Positions 41,049 through 52,000 of a stretch of DNA of 64,000 bases are shown piece after piece. The notes under the pieces were generated by a model. The model saw only the letters and a list, made by a program, of their open reading frames with translations, was not told where the DNA came from and made no database searches. The stretch covers positions 1,426,001 to 1,490,000 of the forward strand of contig OZ287073.1 in the NCBI GenBank assembly GCA_965645245.1, written 5' to 3'. Position 1 is the stretch's first letter; each line of letters opens with the position of its first letter. The DNA comes from Massalongia carnosa. Its lineage: Eukaryota. A program made the translations under genes and the position numbers.

Positions 41049-42199
41049 CTACCTTCCCCTCTCCCCAACCCGCCGCTCCTCCAAATACCGCCTCCCGCTC
41101 TCATACGTCCCGAGATAAAGCCCGCTCCCGGCGGCAGTCCACAGCCCCCTGAGCGCGCCCCCGCGAAACAAGCCCCTCACGCCCTCGGTGCGGAGGATTT
41201 CCCTGCCGACCGCAAACCCGCCCGCTTTTGCAGCGCCTCCGGGGGCCGGTTGGATGCTGGCCGGATGGTTGGCGCCGTGATCGTGGGGCGCCGAGGCGGA
41301 CGCGCCGAGCATGATGCGCGTCTTCACCACGTCGATGGGCGTGGTGATGACGGCGGCCAGGGAGCCCGCCGCGCCCGCCGAGAAGGCTGTTACGGCGCCC
41401 GTTTCTAGCAATGAACCCGAGGGGCGGCCGCGACGCTGGCGGTGCTCGTGGATGGCGGTACGCAGGCGCTCGAAGAGGGGGAATTGCATGGCGGTGAAGG
41501 GCAGATTGCGGGCCGCGAGGGCGGTGTAACCGCTCCAGAGCTGGGAGGGGTGTTTGTAGAATTTTTGGAGGGTCAGGAGCGTAGCGTTGGCCTTGTTGCT
41601 GCTGCGGTGGGAAGAGGTGGTGGCAGAGGGGTTGACGACCATTTGGGCGTTTTGCTTGAGGACTTCGGCGGGGGTAAGAATAAGGCAGGAGACTAGCTCG
41701 GCGGTTGAGGAGGCGAAGGCATGGAGGAGGGGGGGGGGGATGAAGGGGCTTGTTGACGAAGGGAGGGTAGGATTTATGCGGTGGAGGAGGGACTTCATGG
41801 CCTCATAAGAGGTGAAGAATGCTCCTGCTTTACGAAATAGAAAATGATTGGGGAGATTCGTTAGTCGAAGGCTACTCATTTATCAGGAGGGGCCGGCGAC
41901 GGACAAGAGGGGACGGTAGCGATCACAACACTGCCAACGCCTTGGTATAATCCTCGAAAGAGAGCCCGGTTGACGGCCTTCGTGGAGGCATTCTTGTAAA
42001 TGCGCGTATAATCTGGAGATTGAATGCGGGTTTTGATAGTGTCGAGGGGGTAGACGAGGAGGTCGACCGTCAAGGCGGCGAAAGCACCAGACTAGACGAG
42101 GGGAGGTTTTCTGTATTAGTTCCGTGGAAGGGTGGTAGAGGGGGAGTTTCAACACACTATGAGTATATCGGTGTTGGTGTTTGCGTTGTTGAACGACAT
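41049..42199 (-). CDS. mitochondrial carrier (SLC25), probably of the SAM carrier Sam5/Pet8 type
   Basis: Three carrier signatures (PLDTIKTRIQ, PAEVLKQNAQ, PIDVVKTRIM) plus RNLPFTAMQFPLFE; ATG at 42199 and two introns. Confidence 0.88.
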
Positions 42200-43190
42200 G
42201 AACGGGAGAATCGTAGCCTAGCCAGTCTAGAGACGCCAGTACAAATCATTCTGGCGGGTTTGTTGACCTGGAATTGAATTGATAGATTGCCTAATTCGGT
42301 CATGACGAGGATTGACTTGGAAGCAGCGCCACCGAGGCGTTCAGCACGTGATGAGATGTGATGTGATGCGTGAGAGCGCCACAAAGGCGGTGGGGGTATT
42401 TCACTGGGGGTTCGGTGTACAGAGCACTCGATACACACAGGTACTCCGTGTACATTGTCTGTACTCTGTACGGAGTACTCCGTATTCCGTACTGAAAACA
42501 ACACTTAGAGCATCACATGTAGGTAATCAATCGGTCGTCATGCTCGATGCCCGATCGCTGGCAGCGAACGAATGACACCGATACACGGAGCACCTTGGTT
42601 AATGAACGTGAAACCTGGTCACAGGGTTCTTTCGATCGTTCACGCCTGCTCTTGATCTGCAGCGTGAAATCAAGTCAGTGCCTGCAACATGAAGCTGGAT
42701 GTCTATCTGTGACTACAGAGTGACTGTAAAAGGGTGTACTTGGATTCTGGATTTCTTAATGAGTAGCAGTACGGAGTACGAGTACAGAGCGCTCGGTACA
42801 GAATACAGAGTAGGCTGCATGACGGCCGATGGATGAGCTAAACCTGGCAAGCGATTGGTCAGGGCGTCCACGTCCCCACCAGTAAATGCTCCTCTGTTGT
42901 TATCCAACCCAACTCGGCTCATGACGAGCCTTACGCATGGTTTCAACCTGCTTGCTATCTATAATTGATTCGTGAATCATCTACTTCGTATACCAACGGA
43001 AGAGCCAATTGCATCCATTTCACCATCATGCCTTTGAATCTTCACCTTAGCCCTTTCTCACATTCATCGATCGTCGTTGTTCGAAAACCATAACCCCCCC
43101 CCGCATTACAACCTGTGACTCCTCCATTCATCTTCCCACTCCACATTTCTATCTCATTCGTGCCATTTCATCTTTTCTAATCCACCCCAA

Positions 43191-43280
43191 CAAACATAAC
43201 CCAACAAACATAACCCATCAAACATAACCCATCAAACATAACCCATCAAACATAACCCATCAAACATAACCCATCAAACA
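43191..43280 (+). repeat. 14-bp tandem repeat (CAAACATAACCCAT) x ~6.4
   Basis: Read directly: five identical units, one variant first unit and a partial last unit, ending ~120 bp upstream of ATG 43401. Confidence 0.95.
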
Positions 43281-43400
43281 AGAACGCCTCATCCCGAGAC
43301 ATTCGGAGCCTCATTCTACCAAAGTGTCTTACCGAACTCCACCGATATAACGGTACCCAGCACCCTACAGCTCCATCTACGCTCCGAAGAAGCCATCGCC

Positions 43401-45171
43401 ATGTCCTACACATCATATGATAATCAAGAACGAAGACAGCGGTCGGATCGACCTCGACGCGACCGACCGGTATACCGCGAGGAAGAGATCATCGAATCCC
43501 GCACGGGACCTCGGCCTTCTCGCCAAACCGACCTCGTTCGACGTCGTGATGATAGCGTGGAAGAAGTTCAGCGAGACTTTCCACCCGGAAATACTTATAT
43601 CCAACGTCGGACGGCTAGACGGGCTCGCTCGGATGGACGTAGTCGTTATGATGATGATGATCGTTATGAAGATCCTCGACGTAGGAATAAGCGCTATGAT
43701 GATAGACGAGGTATGGCTTATCCAAATGAACGCGATCCCAAACTGATTGGTCATAGGCAATCGAAGAAGGGACTACTCGCCCAGCTCGAGCTCGGAAAGC
43801 CCTCCGCGAAACCGTCGACGAAAATCGCTAGGTGAGCAGGCGATTGCTGCGTTAGGTCTAGGGAGCGCAGTTGGCGCGGTGACGGGCCACCGAAGTCGTT
43901 CTCGAGACCGTGAGCGCCGTGTTAGCCGTCGCCGCCGTCGCTCGTATTCCAGCTCTCGTTCGCGATCCCGTTCGGAGGACAACGCGAAGAAAATTCAGCA
44001 GGCAGTCAAGGCCGCTCTAACCGCTGGCGCGGCGGAAGCGTTCCGTAGCCGCAACGAGCCAGGCGGATGGGGAGGGGCCAAAGGGAAGAGGGTTTTGACA
44101 GCTGCAATCGGTGCCGGTGGGATTGATGGACTCGTCAACAAGGATTCCGACAAGAAAGGCACACGGCACACGATTGAGGCGGTCATCGGTGGTCTAGCGG
44201 GCAACCGCATTCTCAACGGTCCACGGGACAAGTCGGGCTCTAGATCTCGGTCCCGCTCGCGTGCTCGATCGCGTGGTGGGGACAAAGGAAGTGGCCTGAA
44301 AGGCCTTGCCGCTGGTGGACTGGCCGCCGCTGCGGGCAAGGCGCTGATGGACGCACGGAGCCGATCCAAGTCAAGAGGTCGCCGATCCTACAGCAGTTCC
44401 AGCGACAGTCGCAGCCCTCGGCGCCAAAAGAAACGAAGTAAGAGCGTGAGCGATTACGTATCTCAAGGCATGGCAGCTCTTGGCATCGGCGAAGGCGGGA
44501 AGGACAAGCGTCGTGACGGCCAACGCGACTCTCGCCGGGATCGTGGGGATCGTGGGGATCGTGGGGATGATGAGTATGACGACTACGGCCCCAGGCTTCG
44601 TGGTGGAGGGGGAGATGGGGGCGAAGGTATCGCCAGCGACTCCGACAGCTCGTCGGACGTCTCCTCCTCGGAGGAAGACCGCACCCAAAAGAAAATGCGC
44701 GGCAAGGAGTATCTCACCGCTGGCCTCGCCAGCATCGCCACCATTCACGCAGCGCATAGCGTCTTCAAGTCGGTTGACAACCGGAAGAAACGCAGCAAAT
44801 TGGTCAAGGAAGGGGAAATGAGCCCGGAGCAGGCGCGCAAGCTAAAGAACAAGGCCAGACTCCAAGACGCCGCGGCCATCGGCATTGCCGGTCTGGGCAT
44901 CAAAGGTGCTGTGAGTGAATGGAAAGAGATGAAAGAGAAGAGGGAGGAGTTGCATGAGTTTTCTAGCAAATGTGCAAAGCGACATGAGAGGAGGCTTCGG
45001 AGGTTGGAGCAGAGGGCTGGCGATAGCGACAACTACCGACGCTCGGAACCCAACCTAAGCTCTCAGCCACAATACGATGGCGGACCGAGATACCAAGATG
45101 ACAATCCTTACCACACCGGACCCTTGTTGCCTCTACCGCCAATGGGCCCACAACAAGCACGATACTACTGA
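43401..45171 (+). CDS. DUF3824-like Arg/Ser-rich protein
   Basis: Exon 43401-43710, intron GTATGG..ACTGAT..TAG, then a long exon with RSRSRS tracts alternating with AALTAGAAEAFR, GKRVLTAAIGAG and AGLASIATIHAAH segments. Confidence 0.72.
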
Positions 45172-45763
45172 TACGGCGCAGAAGGGTTGGAAAGGCAGGT
45201 TCCGGCAACGGGTGGGATCGTTTTGAAAGAAGTGTTTCGACGGTTGACGATATGGTGGGGGTTTTTCTTGACGAGCGCAGGATCGTCTCCTCTGTGTCGA
45301 GGCTTTCATACGATGCACGATCTTTCTTCTCGTCTGTTTTCGTTGGGTTCATTAAACCATTGCTAGCATTTTAGCTATGAAGTTACGACAGATTGGAAAT
45401 TCTATGCGAGGAAAGCAGGAAGTTTACAAGCCTTTAATCAGCGGCTATCTCCAATACGATTTTTCTGATGAGCCGCGTTACACCTTGAGATACATAGGCC
45501 GCAAGTTTTTGTAATCATTCCTGCGCGCATAGACATGTGAACGATCCGTAACGTCTCATCCGATGGTGTTTTGCCTTTTTGATTCACATTCTCCCCAAAG
45601 TGACATCATCGTCAACGTGAAACGATGGCGCATCTTCCACGGAATGGTCTCCGTACAGTTCAAGTACTTTGAATGCTGCCGAACGTTGTTCTCCTGGCTT
45701 GAACTCTCGCCATCGTTTCCCCAAACGAACCTCGTATGACTGACTCCTTTGTTCAACCTCGCA

Positions 45764-47427
45764 ATGGCAGACCAAGGGATTTTGATATCTTTCTTGGGAG
45801 CCCTTCAGGCATCGTTGTCCGTGCTGTTAACCATTGCATATGGTGTCATCGCGGCACAGTTTAATCTTTTGACGGGCGACAGCTCGAAGCAGATTTCTGC
45901 ATTATGCGTCCGCATGTTCCTACCTGCATTGCTGATCACCAACGTAGGGCGCGAGTTGCATTCCGATACCGCCTTCCGCTATATTCCAGTGCTCGGTACG
46001 CATACCATTCATCCTCGCTGCAATGCACGCTCAGGCGAGCTGATTTAGCGGTATAGTTTGGAGCCTTATCTACACCCTCTTCTCCATGCTCGTAGGTAGC
46101 GTGGCCACCCGCACATTCAAATTCCCCTCCTGGCTTACCCCGGCCCTCTGCTTCAACAACACCACCGCTCTTCCCCTCCTCCTGATCCAATCTCTCGATT
46201 CTACAGGTCTCCTCGACAAACTTCTCCTCTCGGACATCGACACCGTCCCTAACGCCGTGATACGTGCCAAGTCCTACTTCCTCGTTTGCGCCATTGTGGG
46301 CAATTCGCTCACATTCGCTCTGGGGCCTAGACTTTTGGAGGAAGACGGATTGTCTAATCACGACGATGGGAGGGACAAGAGGGATGCGGAGGCTGACGGC
46401 TCGGTTCATGAAGATGAAACGCCAGACGTCGAACAGGGCAACGAGCACGTAGCTGCGAACGACAATCATTCGGTTTCAGACGAGCAGACTTCTCTCCTCC
46501 CGGATCCCATAGTCCGCCAAGGCGAAGTAGCCAGCCGCACAGTTTACCGTGAAGGCAAAAAACGCTGGAACCGGCTGCCCCCACTCCTCCAAACCTTTCT
46601 GGATTACTGCTACTCCTTCCTCAATGCCCCCTTCATTGGTGCCCTCCTCGGCGGAACCATCGGGCTCGTCCCGCCGCTCCACCGAGCCTTTTTCAACAAG
46701 TCGCACGAGGGCGGCATCTTCAAGGCGTGGCTGACAGATAGCCTGGCAAATGTGGGGGGACTGTTTGCGAGTTTGCAGGTTGTCGTTGTGGGAGTGAAGC
46801 TAAGCTCGAGTTTGAGAAAGATGAAGAGAGGGGAGGAGAGTGGAAAGGTGCCGTTGGGACCAGCGATTTTCGTGCTTGGGACGCGGTTTGTGGTGTGGCC
46901 GCTGTAAGTCATTGAGCGTATATCTTCTCCCTCCAAATTTTTTGGTATGCCTCCGACCGCAGCCTGCATCTCTTTGTCTCGAATGAAAGCATATGAAAGG
47001 CAGTCGCTAACCCTTTGACTCCTGCTCCACCCTCCAGAATCTCCATCTCCGTCATCTACGCCATTGCCTCCCGTACCACCTTGCTCTCTCCCGACCCCAT
47101 GCTTTGGTTTACCATGATGCTCATGCCCACCGGTCCCCCGGCCATGAAACTTACTGCCCTTGCTGACGTTAACAACCTTCCGGACAGCGAGAAGATGTCC
47201 ATTGCAAAATGCCTCTGTGTGAGTCTTCACTTCTCCCGTTGAACGAAAAGCAACGAACATATACCATTCAACTTCCCCTGATCTCGGCGTTTGAAAAGGA
47301 TTCCCCCCAAAAAATTCGAGAACAGCTAACCCGTCCCAAACACTAGATCTCCTACATCGTCAGCCCGCTAATGTGTTTCGCCGTTGTGGGAAGCTTGAAG
47401 GCCACCCAGGCAGTTATGACCCAATAG
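45764..47427 (+). CDS. auxin efflux carrier (Mem_trans/PILS-like) family transporter, multi-exon
   Basis: LQASLSVLLTI, RMFLPALL, CFNNTTALPLLLIQSL, DPMLWFTMMLMPTGPPAMKL; hydrophobic N- and C-halves separated by a charged loop; three introns. Confidence 0.85.
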
Positions 47428-48147
47428 CCCCCGGCGTGTCTAAAGAAAGGGTAAGGTATTCACCACAGCTTCGACCGTGCATCGACCTCTCCGATCAGTA
47501 TGCCATATCTTTCGGGTTTGGGTAGAGAAACGGTAGATATAAACACCCACTCGAGTGGTAACGGTTAGAAAAGGGCTTTCCTAGAGGAGTTGGGTTCTTG
47601 GATTATATAACGCGCAATGTACGGAGAAAATCATCAGCCACTCCAAAATCCCTTCGGTCTAAGTGCTTGTTTGTTTGCTGGCTCAGCACCTTCGCCGTTT
47701 CTATTTCGTCCCGTCCCTTCTCGCCGTGACGATGACTTCCCTCCCTTCCCCTTTCACTTGGATCGACATCACCCAACAGGACCCCAAATGGTGATCTTAA
47801 TAACCCGCAATCCCCCCGCCAAAATACCTCCAATGTCGTCTTTGTGACTACATGACTGTTTCGGGAAATTTTTAGAAATGTGTATCTTACTAAACGACCG
47901 TTATTGTGAAAGAATAAGAGAAGTTCAAACGCAAGCGACATGCCTACCTATTATTTTAACAATGCGCGAGGAATTTGCATCTGTATGGCGGCCCAGTCAT
48001 TGCCGCCTCTTATCACATGATATCGCGCATCCCTTATCGCGTGATTTTACCGTGTCTCGGTAAAATATATCTGATTTTGGATAGACAACTTCGTTGGCAT
48101 AACCTTCACTAAACGATCCAAGCTTGCTTCGGTTGTTCGAACTTTCG

Positions 48148-48745
48148 ATGGCGCCTAACAAGAATTCCAATGGCAAGCCAGGTTTGCAAATCTGCTAGAC
48201 CAAATCCAACGGACGAAACTGTTCAGAGCCAACGAGATACTTGGGCTGTCCCCAACGATGAATGAATGAGGAGTACGCTGACGACATCATGATCCTATCT
48301 CAGGAGGGCAACGATGCTGCGACTGAGAGCTATAGGTCCCCCCCCAAAGAGGGCATTGAGGCAGTACGAAACGTAAGAGTGATGTTGAAAACAAATCAGG
48401 GGTTCTCGATACGAAGATTTTCGGCATTCGGTATTGTGAAGGGCACGCGACGAACAATGGGGAATTTGTCACACTGTTCGAAGAGAGCCCCGCAAATCCT
48501 GGGCGTACTATGGAGTAATCATATTTAATTGGACCATGGCGCTTGTTCCTAATCGTTACAACCAGTACGATTGTAATGCCATCCGCCTTGATAATGTCCG
48601 GCGAGAGCAGATTGGGCATATCCCTCGGCCCGTCGCGTCGAAATTGGCTCCCTACATGGTATTATCTGGCTTCGGGCGGATTGTATCCCTTCGTTGGCAG
48701 CCATTTCGGTAATATTGAATTTTACAGGACAGTCCGGTAATGACT
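48148..48745 (+). pseudogene. 5' fragment of a HIRAN-domain (Rad5/HLTF-like SNF2) gene
   Basis: Manual translation gives VLDTKIFGIRYCEGHAT..GEFV(frameshift)TVRREP from 48402 and an exon 48566-48658 YDCNAIRLDNVRREQIGHIPRPVASKLAPYM. The fragment has stops, frameshifts and intron remnants; no helicase part follows. Confidence 0.8.
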
Positions 48746-48752
48746 AATAACT

Positions 48753-50668
48753 TTAATCCGACCAATCAGATTTACTGAATTTTCCCTTTTCGTAAAAGAT
48801 GAGTACATCGCTATCATTACCTAGGTAAAATGTCCCAACACGAAACTCCCTTTTGCAACAAGGCCCACAGCTCTTACATTGCCACATGGTCTGAGATGCG
48901 CGTCTTCTTTTGGTGCAGTTTTTATTCATTTCCTCTAATGGTCGGCGTCGCTTGAGCTGAGGTAGTTGACTTTTGCAGGACAGGCAATATGTCTTTTTAG
49001 ACAAATGCTCTCATTCGCACGGGGACGGGGGCGACTTGACATTCCGATTAGAAATTACTACGACGTCTAATAGGCCTTTTCGTAGGGCATCAGCCTGATT
49101 AGTGAGTAAAGCTTTCACTATTTCTTGTTGAAAATCTCGATGACTCAACGCTGAATTAGGGTACAGAATTTGCCAAAGCTTGAAGGCGTTCAACACGGCT
49201 GCTTTCAAAAGAAAAATGAATAAAGGCCACCAATAGCGACGGTCAGATGCCTGAGGATTATAATACGATCGTTGTTGTGCATTACCATCCGACCCACCCA
49301 TGTGTTGATTGTATTCGACGATAGGCATTGGAAATGGAAGCTTCTTTTCATTAGCATCACCATTAATAGTAACAGCTGAATCTTTGGGAATTCCATGACG
49401 ACGCCGAGAATCTTTATAGACGACAGTTGACAAATCCTCAATGGTATGAGTAGTAGTCATAAATTGTACTGTGTTTAAATCCACCCAAGCTAAACACAAC
49501 ACATCGCCTTCTTCAATGTTTAATTTCTTATCAGCTTTGACCGTCATCAAAGCTTTTTTCCCCCAGTCCTTATTCTTAGTAGCAGCTGCACGAAGTCGTA
49601 AAAAGTTCCATGGGAAATCCACATCCGGCCTTAGCCATCCCACAAGCACCTATCCCCATGGTTTTTAAAGCTTTGAATAACTTCGTACTGGTGAAGAAGT
49701 TATCTAGAAATATAACGTATTTCAAAGTTTAGGAAGGTAAACTCTGGCTTAGTTGAATGACAACTAGGGATGAAGGTGTTAAGTTCCACTTGGTGGATGG
49801 AAAGTTTAATTGACGGGAGCTTTTCAGTTCACTAATTTTCGACACCTACTTTCGAAGTCAGTACGAAAAGTGTTTTTTCTTTTTTTCTTTTCATCTTACC
49901 TTTGAAGTAAAAAGAAAATCAAAGATGTAATTTTCTTGACATAGACTGTAGATTTAAAACCTACCCCAGCAGCTTTGGTGGCAATTTGCATAGTGTGACA
50001 ACTTCTCCCTCTGAATAAAATCAATTGTTCATCAATTGACAAATGACTACCAGGCATCCAATACTTTTTTGAAGCCATTAGAAAATTCGTTGCTAAAGGC
50101 TCAAGCTTTTTCCACCAATCAGGGCCCCGCGTATCAATAGTCTCATCATCATCGGGATTGGAAATTTTCAAAAACCGTTTGAGTTGCTGCCAGCGGCAAC
50201 GAGCCATACTCTGAAAAACCAATTCATGAATAGCAAACTTAGGGTCCGTTATCCAGTAATCAGTCGTACGAGGCATTAGCGTGTAGTCCATGTATAATAT
50301 TATTCCAAGAAAAACACCTATTTCAGCAGCAGAGGTGCTGTGCCAAAGACGTCGATGCTTGAAGTTGTTGGTGGAGTACTTACTCCTTACTCGCTTTTAG
50401 ATTCGTGTTCTGGGCCATGATTTCAAGTAGTTCAGAGCTAAAGAAGAGGGAGAATAGACTGAAAGGAATCTGAGTTCTCAAGCGCAGCATCTCGTCTGCC
50501 TGAGGTGGACGAAATGAGACAGACACTGGAGAATATCTTGAAGAAGGGGGAGGAATGGAGTCAGTAATACTTTGCACGCTGGGTTAATTTTTTTTTGGCC
50601 TGTTCTTTCAGCACCGAGGGAGGCAAGACATCTGATTGATCAGGAACCTCAATTTCAATGCCTCTCAT
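48753..50668 (-). mobile_element. degenerate piggyBac-family transposase
   Basis: Frameshifted pieces: FSLFSLFFS, MARCRWQQLKRFL, LSIDEQLILFRGRS, YNQHMGGSD, RYWWPLFIFLL..AVLNAF, and a C-terminal Cys-rich CLSC..CKSCGPCC. TTAA at 48753-48756; TIRs not found. Confidence 0.85.
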
Positions 50669-50913
50669 AATGTTTTATTCAAGAAATTTATAATGTTAAA
50701 GTGATGTTCAGATAATGTTTAGGTGACATTTAGGTGATGTTTACACCCGTTTGCAATATAGTGTGCCGAACTTTGAACCCCGAAATTGCGCGGTATGTAA
50801 GTAAAAAAAAAGGAGTGACAGAATTGGACCACACACCAGAATTTAATGCAGTAGCTAGTGACCCTCCTCCCCTTCACACCACCTTTTGCAGTCTGTAGGA
50901 TAAATGATATGTA

Positions 50914-51562
50914 ATGTTTTCATGTAGATCTTTATTCTTGCTACCTCGTAGTTTCAAAAGCAAACATGAGACGATCATCAAACGCCAGGCTATAAAGTTC
51001 AGACTGGAATCGGGTGAAGATGATAACACGATCATAACTGCTACTGGTGTCAGCATAAGACAACTACGTAAGATGAGACGTAATTGGGAACGGTTCAATG
51101 AGGTTGCAAAACCTCAGCTTGCTGCTGGCCGGCGCAAGAAACTGAATCAACAACAAATCGATCAAATACTCGTGTATCTGGATCAGAGACCTACCTCTTA
51201 TTTGGACGAGATGTGCTGGTTTTTGTACGATGAATTCGACGTTTTGGTGAGCGAGTCTACGGTCTCCCAAACTCTGAAGCAGATGGCCTGGAATCGAAAG
51301 ATGGCCATTCGTATAGCACAACAACGCAACCAATCTTTGCGTGATGAGTGAATGATTAGACTGAGAGGATGAAGAGCTGATCAGTTAATTTTTCTGGACG
51401 AAAGCGCTGCATGCGAGCGTACTGGTCAGTACTATTTGAAGAACTTCAGTTTCTTTGCTAATTGATATTACTTTAGATGATCGTCGATATGGATGGGCCG
51501 CATCAGGAATCAAACCGACCATGATTCAAGCGCTCAAACGTTCTAAGAGATGGAGTATATTA
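50914..51562 (+). pseudogene. truncated Tc1-like transposase
   Basis: HTH region PTSYLDEMCWFLYDEFDVLVSESTVSQTL, then DQLIFLDESA..(intron)..DRRYGWA..KRWSIL. Two TGA stops fall at probable Trp positions, and the 3' half of the DDE domain is missing. Confidence 0.85.
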
Positions 51563-52000
51563 TAAGAACTGTTAGCCTATCATCATGGGCATTCATCTAG
51601 TGCCTATCTTCGGTGACCCTACCACGGGGGCCGAAGTGACCTCCGGGGACCGAGAATCAGTGGACCAGCTGACTCCCTATGAAAGGGGGTCGCCGGAAAG
51701 TCTTCAATGTGACTGCTATATAATGAGTAGATAGCTCACATATAATCCACACCTTCAATGACAATCATGCTATGATGATGATGTATTCATACTCCGATAT
51801 GACACCGGCCGTAGGCCGGCCCATGCGCGCAAAGCTATCTAAGTTATGTTACATGGAAAACCTTTCACAGGTGTAAAAACCATATCCCATGATACCCGTC
51901 CGATGTGACTACAGGTCGACGTCGAGCGGGAGACGTAGTGCAAAAGACGTGTGGGAACTGTAATGCCTTGTGAAAAGAGAAGAAAGAAAGAAAGGTTCAA

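Noticed and set aside
43191..43280. CRISPR-like array
   Set aside because: Head-to-tail units with no spacers, in a eukaryotic context.
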